Shown: piece by piece, positions 28,046 to 37,002 of the stretch
Layout of the letters: each line of letters starts with the position of its first letter
How positions within the stretch are numbered: the stretch's first letter is position 1
Source of the DNA: Candidatus Eiseniibacteriota bacterium
GTDB lineage: Bacteria > Eisenbacteria > RBG-16-71-46 > CAZAMP01
Reading direction: 5' to 3'
DNA: 64,000 nucleotides
Assembly: GCA_965224245.1 (NCBI GenBank)
Contig: OZ245046.1
Location: 4,768,001 to 4,832,000, forward strand
Notes under the pieces: model-generated
What the model was told of the DNA's origin: nothing
Seen by the model: only the letters and a program-made list of their open reading frames with translations
Databases searched by the model: none
Translations under genes and position numbers: made by a program

Positions 28046-29703
28046 CCGGCAACTCGCGTTTCGGGCTTGACCAGCTGGAAGAGGCGGCCGGTCGACAGAT
28101 GTTCGGCCAGCGCGGATCGGTTGACGTAAATCGTCCCGCTGACGATCAGCACGATCGCGATCGACGCCGACACCCAGTGCCGGCGCCACCAGCTGTGCCG
28201 GACCTGCAACCTCGTCAGCAGCGGTGCGGTGCCCAGGATGGGCTCGGGTACGACGCGCCGGAAGTCCTCCAGCGTGCGCAAGGTGGGGTCCATCGTCTCG
28301 GAGAGGAAGGCGACGCCGACTCCCACCAGCGGCCCCAGTACGAGTGCGGCGAGGAGGATCTTGGCCCGGTCGGGCCGCACGGGCTCCAGGGGCAGCTGCG
28401 CGGGATCCAGGATCTCCATCTTGACGCCGAGGTCCGTGGTCTCCATCGCCTGGTTCACGTCGCTCGCGACGAGCTGAGCCTGGAACGTCTGGAGGAGGGT
28501 TCGGTTTCTCTGCACCTCCGCCTCCAGCCTCTCCAGCTCGACCACTCGCGAGGGACCCCCCTGCGCCTGTCGCTTGAACGCCGAGACCGCGTTGGCCAGG
28601 AACGACGCGGCATCGGCGTGGCCCTCGCTATCGATCTCGGCGAAGAGGAGATGCACGAGCGCCTCTCGAAGCTCGTGCGCGGCGTCGGGGTAGGCCTCCG
28701 CGATCAGCTGCTGCGCGGACTTGAGCACCTCGCGGCGCACGACGCTGTAGGTCTCCTGAGGGGGCCAGGACCGGACCTCGCCACCACCGGCGGTCAGTCG
28801 GCGGATGAGCTCGTCCTCGAGGACGGTGGATAGCTGCTCCCTCAGCCGGGTCTTCTCCGCATCGTCGATCGCCAGGGGTACCTCGTCGGCGTGTCCCAGC
28901 GAGAACAGCTCCTGGTGGGCCGGATTCACCCGGACCCGCGCCGCCGCCGCCTCGTCCTGCACGCGTTCCAGCAGAGCCTCGGCCAGAACCGCGTTGTCAC
29001 TGCGTACGACGCCGAGCGACAGGTCGCGATTGATGGTGGCCTCGCGGTGTGCCTGCAGCGCGGCCTCGGATCGGCTCAGCTGATCCTGGTACTTCCGAAG
29101 CTGCTCGGCCCCGAACTCGCGGGTCGTTCTCAGGTGGTTGAGCGAGTTCTGCGTGGACACGTCGAGGTACAGCTCGCTGATCCACTGCGCGAGCGTCTGG
29201 GCGTTTTCCGGCGTGTAGTCCGCCACAATCACGCGGTAGAGACCCTTCCCGGACGACTCGAAGCGCAGGCGGTTCTGGAGGTTCTTGACCAAAATGCGCG
29301 TCGCGAGATCGTCGACGCTCATCGACGGCGTCCGGGCCTGCTGATCCCGGGCCCTGGCCCGGATGACGGGATCCTGATCCATGCTCAGGATCCGCACCAC
29401 GCGTTCGAGGAAAGGCTGGCTTCGGACCCGTCCGGCGAACTGCGCCATCCGCTCTTCCTCGACGCCCCGCGGGTCTCCGGACGGTGTCATGCCGCCGACG
29501 ATGTTCTCCAGCTCGCGGGCCAGCGGCTGCCGGCCGAGGATCAGGAGCGTCGCGCCCGACTCGTACACCGGCGACGCGAATTGAAGGCCGACGACGGCGG
29601 CACACACCGCGGCGATCCCGCAGAGCGTGATCATCCCCCTGCGTCGCCAGAGGATCCAGAAGTAGCGCTTGAGATCGATCGTGTGGTCGAGTTCGTTTTT
29701 CAT
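28042..29703 (-). CDS. Wzz/GumC-type polysaccharide chain-length regulator
   Basis: 'IDLKRYFWILWRRR', 'PVYESGATL', coiled-coil region, 'ILDPAQLPLEPVRP' before the second TM, 'PILGTAP'. Confidence 0.88.
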   Translation of the reverse strand: MKNELDHTIDLKRYFWILWRRRGMITLCGIAAVCAAVVGLQFASPVYESGATLLILGRQPLARELENIVGGMTPSGDPRGVEEERMAQFAGRVRSQPFLERVVRILSMDQDPVIRARARDQQARTPSMSVDDLATRILVKNLQNRLRFESSGKGLYRVIVADYTPENAQTLAQWISELYLDVSTQNSLNHLRTTREFGAEQLRKYQDQLSRSEAALQAHREATINRDLSLGVVRSDNAVLAEALLERVQDEAAAARVRVNPAHQELFSLGHADEVPLAIDDAEKTRLREQLSTVLEDELIRRLTAGGGEVRSWPPQETYSVVRREVLKSAQQLIAEAYPDAAHELREALVHLLFAEIDSEGHADAASFLANAVSAFKRQAQGGPSRVVELERLEAEVQRNRTLLQTFQAQLVASDVNQAMETTDLGVKMEILDPAQLPLEPVRPDRAKILLAALVLGPLVGVGVAFLSETMDPTLRTLEDFRRVVPEPILGTAPLLTRLQVRHSWWRRHWVSASIAIVLIVSGTIYVNRSALAEHLSTGRLFQLVKPETRVAG

Positions 29704-29735
29704 GGGCAATCGCTCGCCGGTAATCCCTCTGTTGA

Positions 29736-30689
29736 TCAATTGAATGCGATCACGAGCCCGGCGGCCGCCGAGAACAGCGAGACCATCGGGGCCACGTCGC
29801 GAATGAATCCAAAGAAACCTCGTCGTCTCGGAACCGTGATCACGTCGCCGGGCTGAAGCTCGATGTCCGTGTCGGGCCGCGCGTCTCGGAGATGTCCCGA
29901 CACGTCGAGCCGGTACGTGACCGTCTCCGGTCCCACCGACCGGGTGAGAACCACGTGTCCCAGATCGGCGTCCGGCAACGGCCCACCGGAGACCGAGAGC
30001 GCCTCGATGACGGTTCGCGCGCTGCCGGTTCGATGGACGCCCGGTACCGCCACCGCGCCGAAGACGTGGATGCGATCACCTCCCGCGGCCTGCTCCGCGA
30101 GCGATGGGACGACGATCGTGTCGCGCGGCCGGAGCGACGGCAGGCCCTCGGCGGGCGTGCTCTCGATTCCCTTCGAGAGATCGATGGTGAGCATCCTCGC
30201 GCTGCCGTCTTCCTGTTTGCGACGCACGACCTGCACGCGACTGAGGTCGGCGACCGGCGTCGCTCCTCCGGCTGTGAGCAGAACGGTCCAGATGTCTGGA
30301 ATGTCGCGAAATCCGATCGGACCCGGGGTCCTCACCTCACCGACCACGAAGATCCGCCGGCTGTTGTACTCGGCGACCGAGACCATTACGTCGGAGATCG
30401 ACGGGTCGAGCAGTCGGTACTCGCGGGTGAGCCGGAGCCCCAGCTCGGACGGTGTCGCCCCCTCCACATCCACCTCGCCGAGAAGCGGCATCTGGGCCCG
30501 CCCCGCGGGATCGACGAACACCGTGTTCGAGAGATCGGGGCGGCCCAGCACCTGGAGGTCCAGAACGTCCTCGCGGCCGATGGTGTAGTCGTCGGCCACG
30601 GTGGACCTCGGGTTGGCGGACTGGCCCGCGGAGGGCGGCGCCGCGAGGATCGATGCGATCAGGCACAGCAGGGAAACGTACCGCTTCAT
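29736..30689 (-). CDS. wza: Polysaccharide export protein (Wza/GfcE, Poly_export plus SLBB domains)
   Basis: 'YTIGREDVL', 'VDPAGRAQMPLLGEV', 'VVGEVRTPG', 'LQPGDVITVP'. Confidence 0.9.
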   Translation of the reverse strand: MKRYVSLLCLIASILAAPPSAGQSANPRSTVADDYTIGREDVLDLQVLGRPDLSNTVFVDPAGRAQMPLLGEVDVEGATPSELGLRLTREYRLLDPSISDVMVSVAEYNSRRIFVVGEVRTPGPIGFRDIPDIWTVLLTAGGATPVADLSRVQVVRRKQEDGSARMLTIDLSKGIESTPAEGLPSLRPRDTIVVPSLAEQAAGGDRIHVFGAVAVPGVHRTGSARTVIEALSVSGGPLPDADLGHVVLTRSVGPETVTYRLDVSGHLRDARPDTDIELQPGDVITVPRRRGFFGFIRDVAPMVSLFSAAAGLVIAFN

Positions 30690-31870
30690 GACGCGCTCCC
30701 GAGCTGGAACAGGTCCGCGCACGCGGTCGCGAAGGTGTCGGCCTGTCCCGCTGGAGAAAACCGGGTGACCACGCGCGAGAACGCGGCGTCCGCCATCGAT
30801 CGCGCGCGCGACCCGTGGCCGAGCGCCTCGACCATGGCGCTCGCCAGGCTCTCCGGGCTGCCCGCCGGGGTCAGCCAGCCGGTCTCGCCGGAGACGATCA
30901 GCTCGCGAACTCCCCCCACGTCGGTCGCAACCACGGGCGTTCTCACCCTCATCGACTCCAGGACGACGTTCGGCAATCCCTCCATCCGGGACGGGTTCAC
31001 CACCAGGTCCGCACCGGCGAGCATCGGCAGAATGGGACGCCGGAACCCGCCCAGGACGACTCGCCCGCCGAGGTCGGACCGCGCGATCTGATCCTCCAGC
31101 GCACTCCGCCGGGGTCCGTCCCCCAGGATGACGAGCCGTGCCCGCGGCTCTCGCCGGACGACGTGACCCATCGCGTCCACGAGGTCGGCGTGTCCCTTCT
31201 CCGGACTCAGCCGTCCCGCGGCCACGATCACGCGCGCGTCAGCGTCGAACCCGAACTCGCGGCGCAGATCGAGGGGCCGGATCTCGCCGTCGCAGTCGAT
31301 CGCGTTGTGGATCACCGTCACCCGTTCACGAGTAACGCCCATCCGATGGATGTCCTCGCGCATGGCCTCCGAGACACAGAATACCCTCGTGCTCCGGCGC
31401 AGAACCGCGCGGTCGAGGGTCTCGTATAGCCGCACCTTCCGGTCCTCGCGCGTGTAGCCCCGGGCCATGGGCACGTGTCGGACGTCCATCCGCCTCGCGG
31501 CCAGATGGCCCACCGCGGTGGCCTTGTAGCCGTGTGTGACGAGGATCTCCACCCGGTGCTTCCGCAGCCACGCGATCAGCTGGCGCACCGCGAGCGGACT
31601 GAACCTCGAGCGGGTGTCGATCAGGAACGTCTCGAGTCCCCGCCCGGCGGCCGTCTCCGTGAGCTCCACCGACTGGCGGCCCTCCCGAAACGACCCGATC
31701 ACGACCTTCCAGCCTCGATGCACGAGCTCGGTGGAGAGCTCGACGATCTGCTTCTCCGGCCCCCCGAAGAAGTTCGTCGCCGCCAGATGGCACACGGTGA
31801 AGGGGCGGCTGTGGGCGTCGCGGCCGGGCACGGTCGCGGTCGCGGTCGACGGGGAGACGACGTTCATCAC
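30686..31870 (-). CDS. Glycosyltransferase family 4
   Basis: 'GGPEKQI', 'THGYKA', 'GRLSPEKG', 'EGLPNVVLE'. GTGA-coupled start. Confidence 0.92.
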   Translation of the reverse strand: MMNVVSPSTATATVPGRDAHSRPFTVCHLAATNFFGGPEKQIVELSTELVHRGWKVVIGSFREGRQSVELTETAAGRGLETFLIDTRSRFSPLAVRQLIAWLRKHRVEILVTHGYKATAVGHLAARRMDVRHVPMARGYTREDRKVRLYETLDRAVLRRSTRVFCVSEAMREDIHRMGVTRERVTVIHNAIDCDGEIRPLDLRREFGFDADARVIVAAGRLSPEKGHADLVDAMGHVVRREPRARLVILGDGPRRSALEDQIARSDLGGRVVLGGFRRPILPMLAGADLVVNPSRMEGLPNVVLESMRVRTPVVATDVGGVRELIVSGETGWLTPAGSPESLASAMVEALGHGSRARSMADAAFSRVVTRFSPAGQADTFATACADLFQLGSAS

Positions 31871-32649
31871 CGCGCTCCGCGTCCCCGAAGGACGACGTCG
31901 ATCGTCTTCAGCAGGATCTTGAGGTCCATGATCCACGTCCGCTTGTCGACGTAGTAGTTGTCGTACTTCACCTTCGTTCGCACGTCGTCCAGCGACGCGT
32001 CGTAGTGACGCTCCACCTGGGCGAGGCCCGTGATGCCGGGATAGGCCCGGAGGCGCCGGAGGTAGTCCGGCACGCTTCCCGTCAACTCGGTCACGAAGTG
32101 GGGTCGCTCCGGACGCGGACCCACCAGGCGCATTTCTCCGGCGACCACGTTGAACAGCTGTGGAAGCTCGTCCAGCCGCGTGTAGCGCATGAACCGCCCC
32201 AGGGTCGTGATTCGCGGATCCCCATCGACGGCCCACACCGGACCCGACAGCTTCTCGGCGTCGGGGACCATCGTGCGGAACTTGCAGATCTCGAACAGCT
32301 GACCGGCGGCGTCATGCGATCGGCGCTCCACGCCACCGGGCGGCAGGCCGTCCGGCTCGCGCCGCCGGCGTTCGCATCCGACGCGTGTCTGTCGATAGAG
32401 CACGGGAGCCCGCGGCGCCGAGACCTTGAGCGCCAACGCCACCACACTCATCAGGGGAGCGAGGATCGCCAGGAGCACGGCGGCGGCGACGCGCTCGAGA
32501 AACCCGACACACATGTGGCGATCCTGCCGCGGCACCGCCGCCGGCTGGGGCGCACCGCTCCCGAGCGGGGGCAGGTGACTCCAGTTCGAGAAGTCGAACC
32601 CGTCGATCCGGACTTGCCTTCCTTCATCGTGCAGCTTCGTGTTGCTCAT
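31867..32649 (-). CDS. Priming undecaprenyl-phosphate sugar transferase (Bac_transf)
   Basis: 'KFRTMVPDAE', 'DPRITTLGRFMRYTRLDELPQLFNV..GEMRLVGPRPE', 'PGITGLAQV'. Confidence 0.93.
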   Translation of the reverse strand: MSNTKLHDEGRQVRIDGFDFSNWSHLPPLGSGAPQPAAVPRQDRHMCVGFLERVAAAVLLAILAPLMSVVALALKVSAPRAPVLYRQTRVGCERRRREPDGLPPGGVERRSHDAAGQLFEICKFRTMVPDAEKLSGPVWAVDGDPRITTLGRFMRYTRLDELPQLFNVVAGEMRLVGPRPERPHFVTELTGSVPDYLRRLRAYPGITGLAQVERHYDASLDDVRTKVKYDNYYVDKRTWIMDLKILLKTIDVVLRGRGAR

Positions 32650-34523
32650 GACGATTCCCGGCGAGTTGTGGTCGTGATGCTGATGGTGTTGCTCCCTGTC
32701 GACGCCTCGTCCTCCGCGTCGTCCACGACGAACACCCGGTAGTAGTAGCGCGTCACCGGCTCGAGCTCCTCGTCCCGAAACGCGATGCTCGTCGGGTCGT
32801 CCAGCTCGACCACCAGGTCCGAGCTGCTCGACACCGTGGGGATCACGTCGCGACGGAGTCGGTAGAACGCAAAGTCGTGCGCGTCACTGACGCTCCAGCT
32901 GATCGTGGCCGCCGTGGAGTCGACGTCGGTCGCCTCGTTCAAGACCACCGCCGGCGGAGACTCGTTGGCGGTCGTGAGCATCACCTCCGCGCTGCGACCG
33001 ACGAGACCGCCCTCGTCATCGGTATAGATCCGGTAGAAGTAGTCCGTGTTCTCCCGGAGCCCCCCATCGTCCCAGTAGGTCACGTTCACGTCGGTGATGG
33101 TGGCCACGAGCACGTCGCCGTCGCTCACGGCGCCGATCTCGTTCCGGTAGAGCCGGTAGGCGGCGAAGTCTGTGGCCTCGACCCGGCTCCACGAGAGACT
33201 GATCCGGCTCGTACTCACCTCCGCGCTCGTCGCGAGCGTCGGGGCATCGGGCGGTCGCTCGTTCGGCACGGTCGCCGAGATGGTATTGGAGCCCGTCGAG
33301 AGACCGGCGCCGTTCAACACGTAGGCCCGGTACCGGTAGGTATGACCCTCCACGACGTCGGGATCGCTGAACGACTCCGTGGCGATGTCGGTCACCGTGC
33401 CGACGCGCTCGTCCGTCGAGTCCACGGTCGCGCTCTCGGAACGGTGAACGTGAAGGGCCGCGAACCGCTCCTCGCGCGAGCGTTCCCATCGCAGCGTGAC
33501 GCTCGGAGCGTCGGGGGGCGACGCGGAGCGTGCCTCGAGGATGAGGACTGCATCCGGGGGAGCTTGAACCGTGAGGAGCCGGTCCGCGGCGACTGGAGAG
33601 GCCGCGTTCCCGACCTCGTCGACGAAGCTGGCCGTGACGGCGGCCTCGGACGAGAACGTGCCGGCGGGCAGGGTCAGCGTGCGCTCGTAGATCCCGTCGT
33701 TCGCCACCGTGTCGCCCTCGGTCCCGTCATCGAACAGCGGCACGGCGTCAAACACCCCGTCGACCGTGATCGACGCCGCCCCGGAGGGCTCGCCGGCGTC
33801 GACGCGGACGTGAACACGCTCACCCGGCTGCCGGACGTCGGCGCCATCGAAGCTGACCGTTGCGATGACGGCGCGTGTGTCCAGCCGGATCTGGTCCGAG
33901 ATGGGCAGGCTCACCACGCCATCGGGGAAACGGAATCGCGCGTGGACCGCCTTCATGCCGTCGCCGGCGCTGAGCGTCCACGCGACGGTGCCGGTGCTCG
34001 GACGCCACGCGCCGGAGAAGTCGTCCACGTCCTCGCTGAGCTGCACGGCCTCGGCACCCGCGGCGTCGACGAGGACGGACACGGAACGGTTGCGCGTGGC
34101 CGGAGCATCGTCGTCGATGATGATGGTGAAGAGCCCGGGCACCGCCTGAATGCGATCGCTGCGAGCCCCTGGGCGGCCGTCGATCATGGCCGCCACCCGA
34201 TAGGCGTAGACGCGACCGTTCAGCACGCCCCGATCGGTGAAGGCCGTCGCGGACACGGTCGCGATCTGACGCTCGTCCTCCTCGTCCCCTCCGACGAGGG
34301 TCTCCCGGAGGACGGAGTACGCGCCGACGTCGGCCGAGGGAGCGCGCCAGGAGAGCCGGACCACGTTGTCGCCGACCTCGACGACGACGGAGTCGGGCGC
34401 GTCGAGGCCGCCTCCGACGCCGGGGTCGAGCGGGTTGTCGAAGACGGGATCCTCACGATCCACCGTACAGGCGAGGAACGCGACGCCGACCAGCGCGGCG
34501 AGCGTCAGGCGGCGCCTCATCAT
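32646..34523 (-). CDS. Fibronectin type III multi-domain lipoprotein with a choice-of-anchor-X-like domain
   Basis: Lipobox 'FLAC' then 'FDNPLDP'. Four FN3-like repeats ('LSW...Y...R...D......Y.YRV'). 'LFDDGTEGDTVANDGIY'. Confidence 0.75.
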   Translation of the reverse strand: MMRRRLTLAALVGVAFLACTVDREDPVFDNPLDPGVGGGLDAPDSVVVEVGDNVVRLSWRAPSADVGAYSVLRETLVGGDEEDERQIATVSATAFTDRGVLNGRVYAYRVAAMIDGRPGARSDRIQAVPGLFTIIIDDDAPATRNRSVSVLVDAAGAEAVQLSEDVDDFSGAWRPSTGTVAWTLSAGDGMKAVHARFRFPDGVVSLPISDQIRLDTRAVIATVSFDGADVRQPGERVHVRVDAGEPSGAASITVDGVFDAVPLFDDGTEGDTVANDGIYERTLTLPAGTFSSEAAVTASFVDEVGNAASPVAADRLLTVQAPPDAVLILEARSASPPDAPSVTLRWERSREERFAALHVHRSESATVDSTDERVGTVTDIATESFSDPDVVEGHTYRYRAYVLNGAGLSTGSNTISATVPNERPPDAPTLATSAEVSTSRISLSWSRVEATDFAAYRLYRNEIGAVSDGDVLVATITDVNVTYWDDGGLRENTDYFYRIYTDDEGGLVGRSAEVMLTTANESPPAVVLNEATDVDSTAATISWSVSDAHDFAFYRLRRDVIPTVSSSSDLVVELDDPTSIAFRDEELEPVTRYYYRVFVVDDAEDEASTGSNTISITTTTRRESS

Positions 34524-35599
34524 CGGAAGCTCCAATCGATGCGTGCCCCGATGCCGTCGCCGGCCGGCGCGACCGACAGGGCAGGGCCACTCACCCGCTC
34601 GCGCCCGGATCGCCCGCCGATGATGAACGCATCGATCACGTTGAGCGCATGAACGGCGATCGCGGCGCCCACGAACACCCCGCGCTTCAGCTGCTCGTCG
34701 TCGACGTCGTCCGCCGTGCGCTCGAGCTCGGCCAGTGCCGTGCTCACCTCCTGTGGACTCGCTGCGCGGTCGTAGCGGGTCTGGGCGGCCGACTGCCTGC
34801 GGCGCGCCGCCAGAAAGTCGTCATGCGACTCGATGGCCTGGGCGGCGAGGAACGCGACCGCGAACGTGAACAGCGTACCCCGCTCGTAGCGTCCCGCGTA
34901 CCGCTGACCGGATCCGGGCACGAGAAGGCTCATGCTCACGAGCCGCGTGCGGTCGGCCCTCGGGATCGCGAGCTGGTACTCGCCGCCGTCCCGGGAAATC
35001 AGCCTCGCGCGAGGAGAGAACACCCCGCCCTCCAGGGCCGCCGCCGCCCACGTGGCGCCGAGGTAGATTCCCCACAGCCGCCGGACCTCCTCGTGATCTT
35101 CCTTCGAGCTGGCGGCCTCGGTCACGGCCTCGCGTGCGTCGAGGATCGCCGACTCCGTGGCGGCCCGACGGTACGCGCGCATCGCGCGGTCGAGGTCGTC
35201 ATCGGCGTCCCGGACGTCGGCGTGCGCCTGCGCACCGCGAACGCCCGACACGACGCTGGCGCCGAGGAACGTCAGCCCTCGCCAGCGCTCATCTCTCAGC
35301 TGGCGCCACCCGGGGGGATAAAGCAGGGACGTGACCCCGGCACCGCCGTCCGCGCTCACGCCCTGGTCGGACAGGAGAAGGCGCGAACGTCCTTGCGCCA
35401 GACCATCGCCGCCGGCGACCACGGTGTACTCGCCCGCCGGAAGATTCGTGATCGAAAGGGGCGCGCGACCTCTCACCGAGATGGGGCCCTCGATCGACAC
35501 GTACGCGCGCGGCGGATAGGTGTCCAGGAGCCTCTCGCCGGAGCCGGAGGCCGGCAACGCGAGTACCAGGAGCAGAGCGATGGTGCAGCGAATCGCCAC
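34520..35599 (-). CDS. Exported/membrane hypothetical protein: PEGA-like N-terminus plus two 'SLLxPG' repeat modules
   Basis: Signal peptide; 'TYPPRAYVSIEG...APLSITNLPAGEYTVV' (PEGA); repeats 'SLLYPPGWRQ' and 'SLLVPGSGQ'. Confidence 0.6.
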   Translation of the reverse strand: MAIRCTIALLLVLALPASGSGERLLDTYPPRAYVSIEGPISVRGRAPLSITNLPAGEYTVVAGGDGLAQGRSRLLLSDQGVSADGGAGVTSLLYPPGWRQLRDERWRGLTFLGASVVSGVRGAQAHADVRDADDDLDRAMRAYRRAATESAILDAREAVTEAASSKEDHEEVRRLWGIYLGATWAAAALEGGVFSPRARLISRDGGEYQLAIPRADRTRLVSMSLLVPGSGQRYAGRYERGTLFTFAVAFLAAQAIESHDDFLAARRRQSAAQTRYDRAASPQEVSTALAELERTADDVDDEQLKRGVFVGAAIAVHALNVIDAFIIGGRSGRERVSGPALSVAPAGDGIGARIDWSFR

Positions 35600-35601
35600 G
35601 G

Positions 35602-37002
35602 TTACCCTCGGGTGCGATAGTCGTCGGCGCTGATGTCGTGCTTCTGCATGATCTCGTGCAGGCTCGGGCGCGCCACGTCCAGCAGCCTGGCCGCTTCGGA
35701 TACGTTCCCCGCCGTGTGTCGCAGCGCTTTCGTGATCATCTCGCGGTCCAGTCGACGACGAGCTTCCCGAAGCGACAGCACGGGGTCCGTGTCCAGTTCG
35801 TCCAGGCCCAGGTCGGCGACGTCGACCTTGCTTCCGGATGCCATGACGACGCCCTTCTGCACGGCGTGCTCGAGCTCGCGCACGTTACCCGGCCATGCGT
35901 ACTGACGGATGGCGGTGCGTGCTCTCGCCGAGAAGCTGAGGCGTCCGCGCTTCAGCTGCTCGCAGAATCGGGACAGGAAGTACTGGGCGAGAAGCAGGAT
36001 GTCGTTCTGGCGGTCACGAAGTGGCGGCAGCCAGAGCGTGACGACCGAGAGACGGTAGTACAGGTCCGCGCGCAGGCGGCCACTCTCGACCTCCTTCTCC
36101 GGGTCGCGATTCGTGGCCGCGATGACCCGGACGTCCAGCGGGATCTCGACGCCGCCGCCCAGTCGCGTGATCTTGTGATCCTGCAGAAACCGGAGCAGCT
36201 TCACCTGTAGCAGCGTCGGAAGCTCGGCGACCTCGTCGAGAAACACGATGCCGCCGTCCGCTCGCTCGAGGAGTCCGCGATGGGTTGCGTGTGCCCCGGT
36301 GAAGGCGCCCTTCTCGTGCCCGAACAGCTCGCTCTCCAGGAGGTTCTCGGGAATCGCACCGCAGTTGATGCTGACGAAGGGCCGGTCCGACCGCGGGCCG
36401 AGTCGCCGGATCTCGCGTACGACGAGCTCCTTGCCCGTCCCGCTCTCGCCGAGAACCAGTCCGCTCACGTCTGCGGTCGCGATCCGACGGATGCTCTCGA
36501 AGAGGGCTCTCATCTGCGGACTCGCTCCGATGATCGCGCCGAGACGGTCATTCCCGTCGACCGCCGGGCACTCCTCGGCGTTCTGCCGCTGGAGCCGACC
36601 GATGACCCGGAGCCGCCTCAGCATGACGCGGAGCTCGTCCACGTCGACCGGCTTGCCCAGGAAGTCCGCCGCACCGTGATCCACGGCCCGCAGCGCGTTC
36701 GCGTCCGTGTCGTTCCCGGTGATCATGAGGATCTTCATGTACGGGTCGATCTGTGTGCATCGCTGGAGGAGTCCGAACCCGAGCTCCGGGTTGCTACCGT
36801 CGAGGGCGAGATCCAGCGTGATCAGCTCCGGCCGAAAGTCCTGGATCGTCTGCCAGGCCGATTCGACGTCGCCGGCCGCCTGTACCTCGAACTCGGTTCC
36901 CAGGGCGAGTCTCAGCTGGCTCACGAACGAGGGATCGTCGTCGACCACCAGGAGGCGGGCGTGCTTGGTCTCGGTTTCGCTAGGTTTGGATGACACGGAC
37001 AC
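35602..37002 (-). CDS. prsR: Sigma-54-dependent response regulator of the PEP-CTERM system (PrsR-like)
   Basis: Receiver 'LLVVDDD...ITLDLAL', Walker A 'GESGTGKE', 'GAFTGA', 'WPGNVREL', Fis HTH. Adjacent to a PrsK-like kinase and to exosortase/PEP-CTERM genes. Confidence 0.85.
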   Translation of the reverse strand: MSVSSKPSETETKHARLLVVDDDPSFVSQLRLALGTEFEVQAAGDVESAWQTIQDFRPELITLDLALDGSNPELGFGLLQRCTQIDPYMKILMITGNDTDANALRAVDHGAADFLGKPVDVDELRVMLRRLRVIGRLQRQNAEECPAVDGNDRLGAIIGASPQMRALFESIRRIATADVSGLVLGESGTGKELVVREIRRLGPRSDRPFVSINCGAIPENLLESELFGHEKGAFTGAHATHRGLLERADGGIVFLDEVAELPTLLQVKLLRFLQDHKITRLGGGVEIPLDVRVIAATNRDPEKEVESGRLRADLYYRLSVVTLWLPPLRDRQNDILLLAQYFLSRFCEQLKRGRLSFSARARTAIRQYAWPGNVRELEHAVQKGVVMASGSKVDVADLGLDELDTDPVLSLREARRRLDREMITKALRHTAGNVSEAARLLDVARPSLHEIMQKHDISADDYRTRG

